A stretch of DNA of 64,000 nt. Source: Antedon mediterranea. Lineage: Eukaryota; Animalia; Echinodermata. Positions 1-13,599 of this stretch are shown in pieces. The notes beneath the pieces were generated by a model that was given only the letters and a program-made list of their open reading frames with translations, did not search any database and was not told the origin of the DNA. A program made the translations under genes and the position numbers. Location of the stretch: NCBI RefSeq assembly GCF_964355755.1, contig NC_092675.1:3901812-3965811 (forward strand), given 5' to 3'. Positions within the stretch are counted from its first letter, which is position 1. Every line of letters starts with the position of its first letter.

Positions 1-429
1 TCAAAATAGCATTGTAACATTCACACTTCTTAATATGTTACCATTTTTGTGTGAAGAATTTTTCACTAATACATTCCCACACACTTCAAATGATAAATTA
101 TGTGAACGATCTAACGTGCACCATAGAATAACTTGATTTAATTTTGAATACATTGTACAAAACTGTGTCAATTATAGAAATGAATATAAAGAAAATAATT
201 AAACAAACTAATATACATCAATAACTAAATAAAAATGGTTTTCAAGATCAAACCATTGATTTACAGACAATAGTGGCCTACAAGTTATTGATTAATTATT
301 GATTATTATACAAATAATAATAATAATGTTTATGAGTGGAATGGGGGGATATTTTCATTAATTAATGAATTTAACTGCTTCTAATAATACATGGATCTTG
401 TATGGCACTTAATGCACAAAGTCTGTATA

Positions 430-539
430 AGCCTTGTCTACATTATCAAACTCTAGGTGCCAAAAAAATGTCATCTGCCCATATATGGAAATGATGATGT
501 CATTTCACATCACACTAATTTGATAGTGTAGACAGAGTT
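430..539. mobile_element. MITE family A copy 1 (PIF/Harbinger, Tourist-like), internally deleted and diverged
   Basis: Imperfect TIRs AGCCTTGTCTACATTATCAAA ... TTTGATAGTGTAGACAGAGTT followed by TAA. The internal GCCCATATATGGA..TGATGATGTCAT is shared with the copy at 3830. Confidence 0.8.
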
Positions 540-637
540 TAAACCCTATATTACCCCCATCATTTTTTTGGATCAAGCACGTCTGGACACATATTCTCAT
601 AATGTTGCAGTTGTTTTGTTATCTATACCAGGTACAG

Positions 638-723
638 TACCCAATTGTACACCTGGGTGAAGAAAGGCAAACATAAGAAAAGTATTTTGCGATGTGGCAA
701 GCCTTAGATTTGAACTGACGATC
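638..723 (-). mobile_element. Degenerate SINE fragment (CORE/MIR-like domain plus B-box remnant)
   Basis: ACCCAATTGTACACCTGGGTGAAGAAAGGCAAA resembles, from memory, the reverse complement of an invertebrate SINE central domain. GATTTGAAC at 707-715 resembles a reversed B box. Confidence 0.35.
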
Positions 724-1259
724 AGGGCCAATAATGCCTTTAATAGCTATACTCAATGCAATTGAAATAGTACACCTCTTAGGAAACAAAATGTATACAA
801 ATGCTAATATTTTCTAATAATTCAAACAAATTTTTGATTAGAAAAAGTGTATCCAATTACATGTAATATTTATAGAATTTTTATCAAATTCTTGTACTTA
901 TTTGACAGTAACATAAACACAATATTTTCTGAGAATTAACGCAAAGGTCAACAATGGAAATCAGATATAATTACTGAAAATTATATAATACTAAAAAAAT
1001 CAATGCAAACTGTTTGATTATCAAGAACTTAATCCCAAATGGAATAAATCATTCTATAAATATATTGCATTCTGAAATGTGTTTTAGATTAAAGAATAAT
1101 ACTGCATTATAATATCCACATTCATATAAAGATAATAATAAAAAATATAAATGATTATAATAATAATAATAATATCAAAAAATATGTTGATTTCATTTCC
1201 CAATGCAAACATGTTTCTTTTGTCATGAACCAAACCCTTTGTCTGTGATTTCATGGCAC

Positions 1260-3058
1260 TTAATAATAATAATGATGATGATAATGATGATGTTGATGAT
1301 TATGGTGATGATGATAATGTTGATGACGATGATGATGGTAATGAATGATGATGATTATGATGATGATGATGATGATGATGGTGATGATAATGAATGATGA
1401 TGATGATGATAATGATGATGGTGATGATGATGGTAGTGATAATAATGATAACGACGATGATGATGGTGATGATAATGATGATAATGAATGGTGATGGTGG
1501 TGGTGATGAGGATGATGATAATGATGTTGGTGATGGTAATGATGATGGTAATGAATGATAACGATGAATGATGATAATGAATGATGATGATGATGATAAT
1601 GATGGTAGTGATAATAATGATGATGATGATGGTGATGATAATGATGATGATGGTGATGATAATGATGATGATGATAATAATGAATGATGATGGTGATGAT
1701 GATGATGATGGTGGTGGTGATGAGGATGATGATAATGATGTTGGTGATGATGATGAATGATGATGATGATGATGATAATGATGATGGTGATGATGATGGT
1801 AGTGATAATAATGATAACGACGATGATGATCGTGATGATAATGATGATAATGAATGGTGATGGTGGTGGTGATGAGGATGATGATAATGATGTTGGTGAT
1901 GGTAATGATGGTAGTGATAATAATGATGATGATGGTGATGATAATGATGATAATGATAATAATGATGGTGATGATGATAATGATGATAATAATGATGGTG
2001 ATGATGATAATGATGATGATGATGATAATAATGAATGATGATGGTGATGATGATGATGATGGTGGTGGTGATGAGGATGATGATAATGATGTCGGTGATG
2101 ATGATGGTGATGATGATAATAATGATGGTGATGAGGATAATGATGATAATGATGGTGATGAGGATAATGATGATAATAATGATGGTGATGAGGATAATGA
2201 TGATGATAATGATGAGGATAATGATGATAATAATGATGGTGATGATGATAATGATGGTAGTGATAATAATGATGATGATGGTGATGATAATGATGATGAT
2301 GATGATAATAATGAATGATGATAGTGATGATGATGATGATGGTGGTGGTGGTGATGAGGATGATGATAATGATGTTGGTGATGATGATGGTGATGATGAT
2401 AATGATGATAATAATGATGGTGATGATGATAATGATAATGATGATGATGATAATGATGGTGATTATAATGATAATGATGATGATAATAATGAATGATGAT
2501 GGTGATGATGATGATGGTGGTGGTGATGAGGATGATGATAATGATGTTGGTGATGATGATGGTGATGATGATAATGATGATAATAATGATGGTGATGAGG
2601 ATAATGATGATAATGATGGTGATGAGGATAATGATGATAATAATGATGGTGATGATGATAATGATGGTAGTGATAATAATGATGATGATGGTGATGATGA
2701 TAATGATGATGATAATAATGATGGTGATGAGGATAATGATGATAATGATGGTGATGAGGATAATGATGATAGTGATGATAATAATGATGGTGATGATGAT
2801 AATGATGGTGATGATGATGATGATGATGATGATGGTGATGAGGATGATGATAATGATTTGGTGATAATGATGGTGATGATGATAATGATGATAATGATGA
2901 TGACGATGATGATGATGATGATGATAATGATAATAATAATAATGAAAATGAATAACGATGACAATGATGACGATGGTGATAATGATGGTGATGATGATGG
3001 TAATAGTAATGATAATGATGATTGTGATGGCAATGAATGATGATGATGATAATAATAA
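1260..3058. repeat. Compound trinucleotide microsatellite (GAT/AAT/GGT)n with higher-order blocks
   Basis: About 1.8 kb of GAT, AAT, GGT and GAG triplets with recurring GGTGGTGGTGATGAGGATGATGATAATGATGT blocks and GAAT frame-shifting junctions. Confidence 0.98.
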
Positions 3059-3829
3059 TTTATATGATGCCATACCAACATAAAACCAAAAATTATTCTA
3101 AGATAAACCACATAACATATATATACCTAAAGCCAAATTATTTTTGTCATATCATAACAGACTTGTAAATTACGGACTCATTCACAGGTTCTTCTTCACA
3201 TTACAGTTCCTTAGTATACACCAATTTAATTAGTATTGATCACAGACAAATCAACTCATTATTTAAATTGATGCTATTTTTGTGACTTGCTGTTTATTGA
3301 GGCAGACTATTACTATGGGTTAACCTATTTGTGTTACAGCTTTTGTAAAATTTCACCTGCTTATTTTATTGTTGTTGAAGTAATATATCTAATATTTACA
3401 AGAGCTATTTGATATGTTTTAATATAAAAATCAGTAAATTTTCAATTGTAATGGTAAATCATTGTATTCTCAGAAGAAATATGATTTAATACAATATCCG
3501 GTATTAATTTAGGAAACTAAATATGGTAGAAGAACCATCTTTTGACTAAATGATTTTGATGATATAGTTTCCTGTACCGGTATATTATATAAGTGCCACT
3601 TTCGCTTAAATAAATATACCATCATTAAAAAAATATCATATAATTTTCGCAGCAGAAATAAGTGACTTAACTAATGTTCACTAAAATTGATATTCATTTG
3701 GTATTGTAATTTTGTTAACTGTATTTTGGATGCACCACTGGATGGTGTGTGCTACTGTATCAAACATCTTCCCAAATAAAAGGTGTTGTTGAACGTTGAG
3801 TGTAAGTATGGAGGACCTTTATGGTGTAA

Positions 3830-3991
3830 AGCTCTGTCTACAATATCAACTTTATGTGACAAAAAATGTGATGTGCCCATATATGGACATGATGATGTCA
3901 TATCACTACCGTATTTGGGCACATCACTGCCATATTTGGGCATATCACACTTTTTTTTTTGTCAAACTGGTTTGATAGTGTAGATAGAGCT
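3830..3991. mobile_element. MITE family A copy 2 (longest copy, about 162 bp)
   Basis: TIRs AGCTCTGTCTACAATATCAAC / GTTTGATAGTGTAGATAGAGCT, flanks TAA and TAG, internal 21-bp subrepeat (ATATCACTACCATATTTGGGC-like). Confidence 0.9.
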
Positions 3992-6900
3992 TAGTGAAGA
4001 TAGTCTTTCATTGAATACTGGTATTGAGTGCAATTGGTAAATAATAGTTAAATTATATTCAATTTATCCACAGAAAAAGATTTCCTAAATGGATTGATGA
4101 ATTGCCATTAAACTCATCTTTGTAATCATTCAAAAGGTTGAATAGTAAACTACGACACTGATAAAATAATTAAATAACTCTAATTGTTTAATTAACTTCA
4201 GATGCATTATGTAAAATTAATTGGCAGGCGATTAAATATAAGTAAATTTCAAGAATAAGTTTTTTTGAACTAAATACACATAATTATTTTTCTCTTTACC
4301 TTAATTACTAATTAGTTCAGGATAGGTTATATAAGTTAATATCATATGCCTATCCAGTGACTAGGTTAAGGGGCCTGGGGCAATTTCTTTGAAATGGATA
4401 TAGATGTTAAATTAATATTTATTTTCTAGATTACTGTTATCTTCAAAGTTATAAATATTGGCCTACAGGTAATAAGTTATAAGTGAAGAATGATCATATT
4501 ACACTGTTAGGGTACCAGTCCAATTTAGTTAAATCCAAATACTATTAATTATTCTTAAAGTCATGTACTGAACCAGTTCTCATTGTCAATGGTCCAAAAT
4601 AAAGAATGCCTTCCAAATATGGTCTAAATTTTTGGCCTCTAGGCCTATACCCAAGATTAAAAAGCAAATCGTAAAAGAATGAAAATATGAACAATATGCA
4701 ACCAACACAAATTTGGGGTAGTGATTATACTCATGATATTATATGCAATAAGAATTGTAGATGAGAAAAGTTGTGAGTAAAAATTAACTTATAATTTTAT
4801 AATCTTCTTGATATGCAGCTATAGTTGAATTAAAAACAGATTGTATACTTTACGAATTAATAGACGCTTACTATATAACTTTTTAAACTTTTTTGTCATT
4901 AATTTTTATTGTAAAACTGTATACTTTCTCTATTAAATTCTTATCATATGCATAGAAAGAACCAATTCAATAAACTGCCTATGCCATTAGGTCATTGTAA
5001 AATTCAATAAAAAACCTCCGGCATCGGTCAGCGAATAAGGAGTCAACTTTATAAGTCTGTCTGTTGACTTAGTTTCGTTTGACTGTCCAATGTGGTTAAT
5101 TTGGTCTGTCGAGGTGAATTTGATCCGTCAATGAATAATTTATATAGATTTGTATGCAATTAAATTAAACCCAACGTGATTGTTTTTGCTTAGATTTATG
5201 TCACCTTTTAGCAGTACAGCAATGGAGAATGACAGCATAAACATTTATGTAAAGTCACAATCATAAAAATAAGATAGTATATAATAAAAAATCAAAAAAT
5301 CACATGAATCACACAAATAAATCAAAACAAAGAGAAAAAAAAAAAAAAAGATAATAGCAGAAAGAATATTTGGTTTTATATCATGAAATATACTAGCCAT
5401 ATAAAAAGAAAAACATTTTGGCACACATGGCAGGTCAAAAAAAATAATCAAAAACTAGAAATTAAAAGTATAAATAATAAGATCAACAGTACTTTCAATT
5501 TCATTGTGTCAAAATAAATTTAAATCATGTAAAAATTTATTGATTTCTTGAAAATGTGGTAGGATAGTGAAGTAGTAGGCTAGTAAAAGGGAAAATGAGA
5601 CTAAGCAGGCAGGATATGAGGAAGGGAACACTACTTGTTTCTTGACATCTTCCATGATGTAACAATCAAATTACGCATTGAACTTTTATAAGGGCACGTG
5701 GAAATTACAGTCACACCCACTTTTTGAGGCCCTACTTTATGATTAAAACAGCGTAGATCTTCTTTGGTGGAGGTTTGATGGATGGATTATAATTTTGGAA
5801 ATGAACGAATTAATAAGATGCATAAACACTGTCAGCTGTATATTCTGGTTGTTTAATGAACATAAAAGTGCATTGCCTACGTATCAGACAAAATGGCACT
5901 ACGTATAATTCAAATAACAATAACCACAAGTGATCAAAGAAAAGCATTACATTATTCTTCGACCAATTGCTCTAATGAAACAGTTATTTTAAGTACAACT
6001 GCTCTGATTGTAACAGGTATTACACAAAATGGTCTGACAGAAAATCTGTTGTTGATACTCAAATATATATTTGAGTATTGCCAACAGAAAATCTGTTGGT
6101 AATACTCAAACACATATATCCGATGTCATAATGCTAAATTTCTTTATTTCTGAATAGAAATTTATCTAGATAACTATTAGATTAGCCATTTTTTGTTTAT
6201 TTATGATATCATTTAACTCTTTTATAATGAATTTAATTTTTGAGTGCATTTACCTTTTAGGCATGTAATTATTGTGTGTTTTAACAACTGTAAATCCATT
6301 TTAGTTTTAAATTAATTTTATGTTTTAAAAATATCCTGTTTAAAATCTTACCAATGCATGTGTACAATTCTGTTGAAGTGTTTTGTGTCAATAAATACAA
6401 TAAACCAATAATTTTAAAATATATTTAATTTTAATTTACTTGATTATTTTGGGTATAATATATTAAACCAACTTTAAATTCAGTATTAACCATTTACAAA
6501 TTTAATGTGATAAATATAGATAATATTCTATTAATATGAAATAATAAATAAAGATTAGATAGAAGATTATGTTTATGATTTGTGTTAAGTAACTAAATAT
6601 CCAAACATTTTGAAGGAAGGGTATCGTAACAAAAATCACAATTATACACATCATTGTTACCGTCGAGTAACAGAAGGTCAATAAATATCAATGACATCTT
6701 GGAAGTTGTCGCATTAAGGGATGATATCTTATAGGGTGTACAGGTAATTAAAGTGCATTTAACAACTGATTAATTGAAAGAAATCCCTCCAATTCATTTA
6801 ATTAAAAGTAAACAAGGGATTTAGATAAAAAAAAAGAAATAAAATCAACAGATCAATGGTTCAGACAGCATTTACAATATAACACAATATATATAGTAAT

Positions 6901-7937
6901 CTTCTTGCGACGTCTGTTTCTAATTGTAATAATTGACAAAGAAATTTCATAAGATCAATTTTTGTGTTATTTACTTGTAATTTAGTCAGGGGAAATCTGC
7001 GATCATGAATGCATTATAAAATCTAGCGATATTCACTTTTGTTTGTTGCAATCAATTCAGATTCTATGTATTATATCAAATCACATTAACTCAAGGACAT
7101 TACACTTAAACATTATGATTAACAATAATGTTCTCACTTTTTTTAGATTTTTGATTTCATACGTTTTATCATGGAGGCTTACCTCCATGGTGTAATCTGA
7201 TGACAAAATTAATAATAAAAGGATGAAGTAGAAATTATATAAATACTTATAATATTATATAATATAGTCTTACAGCAGTAACTGTTCTGGAGAAATCTCC
7301 AGAAGATGGAAACATCAAAATATTTTCAACCATACTTTATTTCCTTTTGGAAAAACATGGTATACCTCAAACCTAACTTTCTAGAATTCAACAATCAACT
7401 ATAATCTTTACAGAATCTACATTATGATTTTGTGTTTGGTTAACAGTAAAAACTGAGGGCAGTATTGTACCTTAAATAAATCAGAACAGAATAAAGAAAC
7501 TACTGTGCTACTGTGAATTCATTTTAGCAAACAAAGACTGATATCATAAACGCAACATTCTGAAAATATTAACATATAGTGCACTTTACGTCAATAAAGC
7601 GAGTCGTATAAAAATAATGCTCATTAGGTCTATCACCTTTGCTGAAAGAAAGATCAGAATCAGAAACGAAAAGCTTTGTTTGCCGGGCCATTTCTAAGTA
7701 TGTTTTGCTTTCCATACGATTCCTGGCAATTTTCCTGAAAAGTATTAGTTTAAATGTTCATAAAAATATAATTTCATATTGTTGCCGGTCAGTATACATC
7801 AGTAAGATGATCATGGTGTAACAGCGCAGAACAGATAGTAGTAGGACATTCTTCGAATAAGAGTGGGGATCATCTTCCGGTGTACTGTCCAATTTTACCA
7901 CAAGAAGGATCCCACTGGAAACAAGTCTACAGACTAA

Positions 7938-8138
7938 AGGTCCATTTACACTAGGACGATAACAATCCTAGAACTATAGGATAACCATCTATGCTGCTTT
8001 TGATAAAAATTATATTTTCACACATCCAATCTAATGACGTCATGATTGGAAACAACAATAATAACGTGATAATACAACGATTTTATTGTTTTTATTGATC
8101 ATGACGTCATATGATAATATCATTTTTATCAAAGACAG
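7938..8138. mobile_element. Decayed palindromic MITE-like element
   Basis: Nested inverted repeats TTTGATAAAAAT (7999-8010)/ATTTTTATCAAA (8122-8133) and ATGACGTCATGAT (8034-8046)/ATCATGACGTCAT (8098-8110). The start TAA|AGGTCCATTTACAC is Harbinger-like. Confidence 0.5.
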
Positions 8139-8830
8139 TGCTTTAACTCTAGACTAGGCTAATCTTTGTAACCCATTGACTCAAGAGCAAGGAGAAATGT
8201 GAACATGATGTAAAAGAACATCATACAAACAATAAATCAAAGCTTTGTGCTCTGTCTGTAAGAAATCAATAGAATGTGTAACAAACAAACAGATCTTGAG
8301 ATAATTAACAAATCCAATTATTGTGGGCCTGAAATCCAATTATGACGATTGTATTGTCAAAATTCCCCGTGGAAACTGTAAGGAAAATCGATCGCAGAGT
8401 ACTGTTGTAACCAAGCTGATCGTTACTATGGTAATGATCTGCTTTGATTTGTTGTTTTTAATGAGTTGAATACTGACAGCATTAATTAATGTGTACAGTA
8501 ATTAGTAAGACAAATTTTGGCTATGTAACTCAGCAATTAATGCTATAATTTATACAAATGTGTATAAATCTTTGGATTGTTTGTTAAATATTTGTATGCT
8601 GCGTATGATTAATGTGCGTGAGTATGTACTAAAGTATGTACTGAAATGATAAAAACTATATAATAATGTATAATTATTTTCATTTCGACTTAAGTGAGTC
8701 ATAGATTAGTAAAAAAAAGTATTATTTTTTTGTACATATGTTAAAATTGCATTAATTAACTGATTTAAATAAGTACATGCAAACAGTCCTGTTTTGGCCG
8801 GGAGATTCTCGTATTTTAGACTTGCCTCTT

Positions 8831-9134
8831 GGCCTAACATCATGCTCCCGGCCTAACATCATGCTCCCGGCCTAACATCATGCTCCCGGCCTAACATCAT
8901 GCTCCCGGCCTAACATCATGCTCCCGGCCTAACATCATGCTCCCGGCCTAACATCATGCTCCCGGCCTAACATCATGCTCCCGGCCTAACATCATGCTCC
9001 CGGCCTAACATCATGCTCCCGGCCTAACATCATGCTCCCGGCCTAACATCATGCTCCCGGCCTAACATCATGCTCCCGGCCTAACATCATGCTCCCGGCC
9101 TAACATCATGCTCCCGGCCTAACATCATGCTCCC
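8831..9134. repeat. Minisatellite, 19-bp unit GGCCTAACATCATGCTCCC x16, perfect
   Basis: 304 bp = 16 x 19, with no variant units seen. Confidence 0.98.
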
Positions 9135-9228
9135 GGTTTCCACATTTTCTCCCTGATTACAAAAATAACGGAATTTTGAGGTATATGTGTTGTTTTCTGC
9201 AAAGAAATTTTACAAAAATCTTAAGCAA

Positions 9229-9531
9229 AAACAACAATATCGTAAATTTTTAAAATTAATGTGAATGAAATTAAAAATTAACTAAAAATATTTACGATAT
9301 TGTACAACCATTTGCCGTCAAAATTGTTCCACAAACAACAATATCGTAAATATTTTAAATTAATGTGAATGAAATTAAAAATTAACTAAAAATATTTACG
9401 ATATTGTACAACCATTTGCCGTCAAAATTGTTCCACAAACAACAATATCGTAAATATTTTAAATTAATGTGAATGAAATTAAAAATTAACTAAAAATATT
9501 TACGATATTGTACAACCACAATTGTTCCACA
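9229..9531. repeat. Tandem repeat, 104-bp unit x about 2.9, each unit with an internal 19-bp inverted repeat
   Basis: ACAACAATATCG recurs at 9231, 9335 and 9439. Arms ACAATATCGTAAATATTTT / AAAATATTTACGATATTGT. Confidence 0.95.
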
Positions 9532-12500
9532 CGCATAACTACCACGGCCTTTTTTTATTTTGATAATAGAGGTTTTAAAGCTAAACAACAAACAATTCTA
9601 TTTTTTTTTAAACTTCATATTTTAGAATGTATGAAATATATTAATTTTTGTCATATCAGACAAATAATCAATGTTTATGAGTCAATAATGAGGCGAAATT
9701 ACTTGAACATTTTATTTTCCACGAGCAAGAATATTTGTTGCTGCAAATACAAAACAGTCATTATATGTTATTAAAGTAGATTTTTTGTCAAAGGTCAATA
9801 CAATTTCCTTTAATGGAAATGGAGAGTAGTTACCAATCAGGGGCTGAACTTGATTAGTTTTAACTACTTTTTAGCCCTTCCCTTGATATAATTATTATTA
9901 TTTGTATGTTACAATGTTTATAATTTATATTAATGGGTAAAAATGAATGAAAAATGAAATGAAATTGTGTACATCAACCTTGAATCTGCCCCATTTCAGT
10001 GTCTTTATTCATTCATAAAGAATAATAAAGTTAGTTATTGAATAAAAATGAATTGGTAATAAGTGGTATTACATCTACCACTGTATAATAATAAAACATA
10101 TCTTATAATAACTATAATCTATAATGTTCGCCTATATGTTTCATTTTATAAGTAATAATAATAATATGCTACTTATTGAATGAAAATAAACCCTTTCTAC
10201 TGTTACAACTTAATATTTGTAATCTATACAATAGATACAAATTGTTAATAATAATAGTAGTGGAATCATGATAGTAATTGGCTAACAAAATAACATGAAT
10301 ATTGTAAGCTTTGATGTTATTAAAGCCTACACATTAAACAAGTAATTCATTAGGCATAATGTTGTTGAAATGTAGGCCTTAATGCACATTGGTTTACACA
10401 AACTGGAAAGAAAACATCATTACTAAGAAATTTGTAATAAATTATGCGAGGAATATAGGGATGTGAAAAAATGACGGAAAATACAGTTTCATTCTCACCA
10501 GACAAGAAAATAATATAAATGGTAGAAAGTGATACATTGTTTACCTATTTATTGTACTCTATTAGTCCGGTGGCACAATTTGAGATGGTCAGCACTTTGT
10601 CATGGCAACGTTCTCTGCCCAGAGCAAATCCTTGTTCAATAAATTCCATTCATTTTCCCATGATGATGATTTTCCATTTTTAACATTTTTTAAAATTCAT
10701 TTTGTACTGTATTTCTAATTTGCGAAATAAAAGTTATTATTAATGGTAGGGCATACACAGGAATCAGGAAATAATTGTAATATTAAAAAAACAGTAATGT
10801 TTGTAAAAATTTCTATTTTATTTCCATACATCCAACAGCAACAAAATTTGGCCATAACAGGATTGAAAGACACACTATATTGTATATTGGTGCATTTCTT
10901 CCTTTTTTTCCCAAATGTTTAAAGACTATTTTAAAAGCAAGAAATGATTTGTCAATTTGAATATCCAGAGAGTAAGATAATGCTATTGTGTTATTATGCA
11001 CTGCAGTGTTTGATGTACAAGACTTCATCAACGCACTTATCATGAAGCTTGTATGCTTTTAACTTCAAAGGTGTACAGCATACTTGTTCGTTCATTTGCT
11101 GAAGCAGGTGTCCTAACAAGACATCCACTTGAGAAATGTACAAATCGAGAATCAGAAACGCTATGAACGACGTAAAATATCTCACACTTTGACGTGTTAT
11201 CTCGGAATAGAATAGAATCTATTATAAATCGATGATGATGATGATTTTTCTTTATACCGTGTGATAAATCACGCTAAACCTGACACTTTGTATTATACTT
11301 TATCTTGTGAATTTTTTTTTTTCTAATTTGAAATTGCAATCAATTTTATGAATATGAATTATTCTAAATATTTCTCATTGTTTATTTATTGTAAATTAGA
11401 ATATTTTAATATTTTGTTTTGTGTGTGTGAATTCATCAAGAGATTTTGGTATTCGTATTTATTGTTATTTTCTTTAATTGTTTGTTAAACCATCGAGTAA
11501 TAATAAAAGTATTTCTTGAATGCAAAAGTATTTTAGTATGTTAATAAGTATCTGAGAGAAAGTCACGTCATTCATTTGTAGAATACATTGCTTGTTGTAT
11601 AGAATTCAACTATATTAAATCAGGTATGACTTCAAACAAAATCCTGTTGCTAATTTTTGTTTCCATGTTTGTTCAAAGTAACATATTATATCCTATCCTA
11701 AAAGGCAGCTAAGAAATGTGTCCTGCTTTGAATTGTGATAATATGTGTTCAACATAAAAACATCATGATCATACACAACAGATTCTTTCAATGCGATTTA
11801 GTTTGCATTTAAAGATGGTCAAAGTTGAAATAACATTTTAAATAAGTTTTATTTAAGAAAATTCTTGTCATTTCATTGGATATTTAGGATTTTTGACAAT
11901 ATTTTTAAATATTTTGTGCATTGAATGTAGAAGATTTCAAAACAACCTTTTTGCTCTATCATGGCCAAATTTTGAGCCCCACATGTGTTTTTTTATGGGC
12001 ATGGACTCTTGCCATTCACAGGTTTGTTTTAAAACAAATAATTAATGTTTATGAGTTGAATGGATAGAATAATTTGATGAGTTGAAAGACTGATGGGGAA
12101 GATTGTACTCGAGCAAGAGTATAGAGTAAAATAAACTCTGAACACCAAAATAAAAAGGGTTAACTCTCCTTGAAAAAGACTTTGAGCAAATTTCATTAAA
12201 ATATGTTTGAACAACACAAAAACATACAACATTGATGAGTTTGGAAACACGTTCTACCAAATGGAAGCTAAAAACTCTACATTCAACTATAGAACTGGCT
12301 ATGTTTCTTAATGTTATGAATACTTTTCTGTTATCCAAATTTATTTCTGAAATATAGACTCGCCCACACTTTGTTGTTCAGCTCAATAGTTTCCAGTTTT
12401 AGAGTGTTTAATGTATACACGATCATTACCGACAATTATTTTATAACAGTATTGGCAAAGATTACAATAATGTTTTGGGAAATTTTGAATTTTGTTTCTT

Positions 12501-13162
12501 TCTTTAACAGATGTTTGTTTTCATTGTACTGTCTAAGTTAGTTAAATTTAAACATTACATATTATTTATATATTGGTACAAAAAAAACAAACAATATATA
12601 GGTAATAGACCAGCATTGACAGTAATATTAATACTTTTTTTTATAATAAATGTTTACCATCTAAATGTATATCAGTCTTTTATAACAAAAACAAGCTTTT
12701 AACGATATGAGAAACTTGTCGAAAATATCACAAGGTATCATACGCCAGAATTGAACACACGTTGATGTGAACGAGATGCGATTTATATCATTCACGAACA
12801 TTACTAATCAGACTTTCAATCCAACGTGTGAAATCACTTGGAATTATTACGCTGTTTTGCGTCGTCGTATCACTGCAACATTAACCATTCCCATCACACT
12901 ATTTATTATTAACTACTGTCGAATTTCAATAAATCAAATGTATTAGAAGCAGATTGATTGGGAAATACTAGACCTGCGTTTATCTAACTGTCTAAATACA
13001 GGCAAGATACATAATCTTACATGCAATGTTCTAATATGTTTTAAGTATAATTATTGTTATCATTAATCTTTAATGTTTAAGTTAATTGCAAGTATGATAC
13101 CAAATTAACAAATGATAATGATGTACAATTTATTTGTTTTAAGTATGATTATTATGACTAAG

Positions 13163-13460
13163 TTAAAGAATGTTCCCCTGAAAAAATAATTATTAAAATT
13201 TTTTTGGTTGAATATGCCATTTTAATGTCACATAATAATTATCCACTTTGACCAAAAATTAGATCGAAAAAAAATGTATTTACCTAAAAAACTGTAATTT
13301 AAAGCAAAAATAGTCAAATTGGCTGCTCGGCAATGGATTTTTGGTTGAATTTAACCATATATTTTGTCATTTTATAAGTGAAAACACTAATTTGTTTCTC
13401 TGTTTTTCTACTCAAAGTCTGATTTAATCATTTTTCATGTTTTGGGGGGACAACCTTTAA
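13163..13460. mobile_element. MITE family B (TTAA-flanked, Kolobok-like), near full length
   Basis: TTAA|AGAATGTTCCCC ... GGGGACAACCT|TTAA. Its internal segment matches 45820-46016 and 33762-33870 in reverse complement. Confidence 0.7.
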
Positions 13461-13468
13461 ATCTTTAA

Positions 13469-13599
13469 AGCTCTGTCTACACTATCAAACTAGTTTGACA
13501 AAAAAAGTGGGATGTGCCCAAATATGGTAGTTATATGACATCATCATGTCCAGATTCAAATTTGTTGTCACAAAAAGTTTGATAGTGTAGACAGGAGCT
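13469..13599. mobile_element. MITE family A copy 3
   Basis: TAA|AGCTCTGTCTACACTATCAAACT ... AGTTTGATAGTGTAGACAGGAGCT|TAA, with a clean TAA target-site duplication. Confidence 0.9.

Noticed and set aside
1203-3111. Long ORFs (up to 603 aa) rich in His/Ser/Ile or Met/Asp
   Set aside because: They are translations of the (GAT/ATC)n tract. Composition switches at every GAAT junction and there is no domain content.
7170-7304. Short hairpins CATGGAGG-CTTA-CCTCCATG and TTCTGGAGA-AA-TCTCCAGAA
   Set aside because: The 8-9 bp arms are isolated and no element boundary can be defined.
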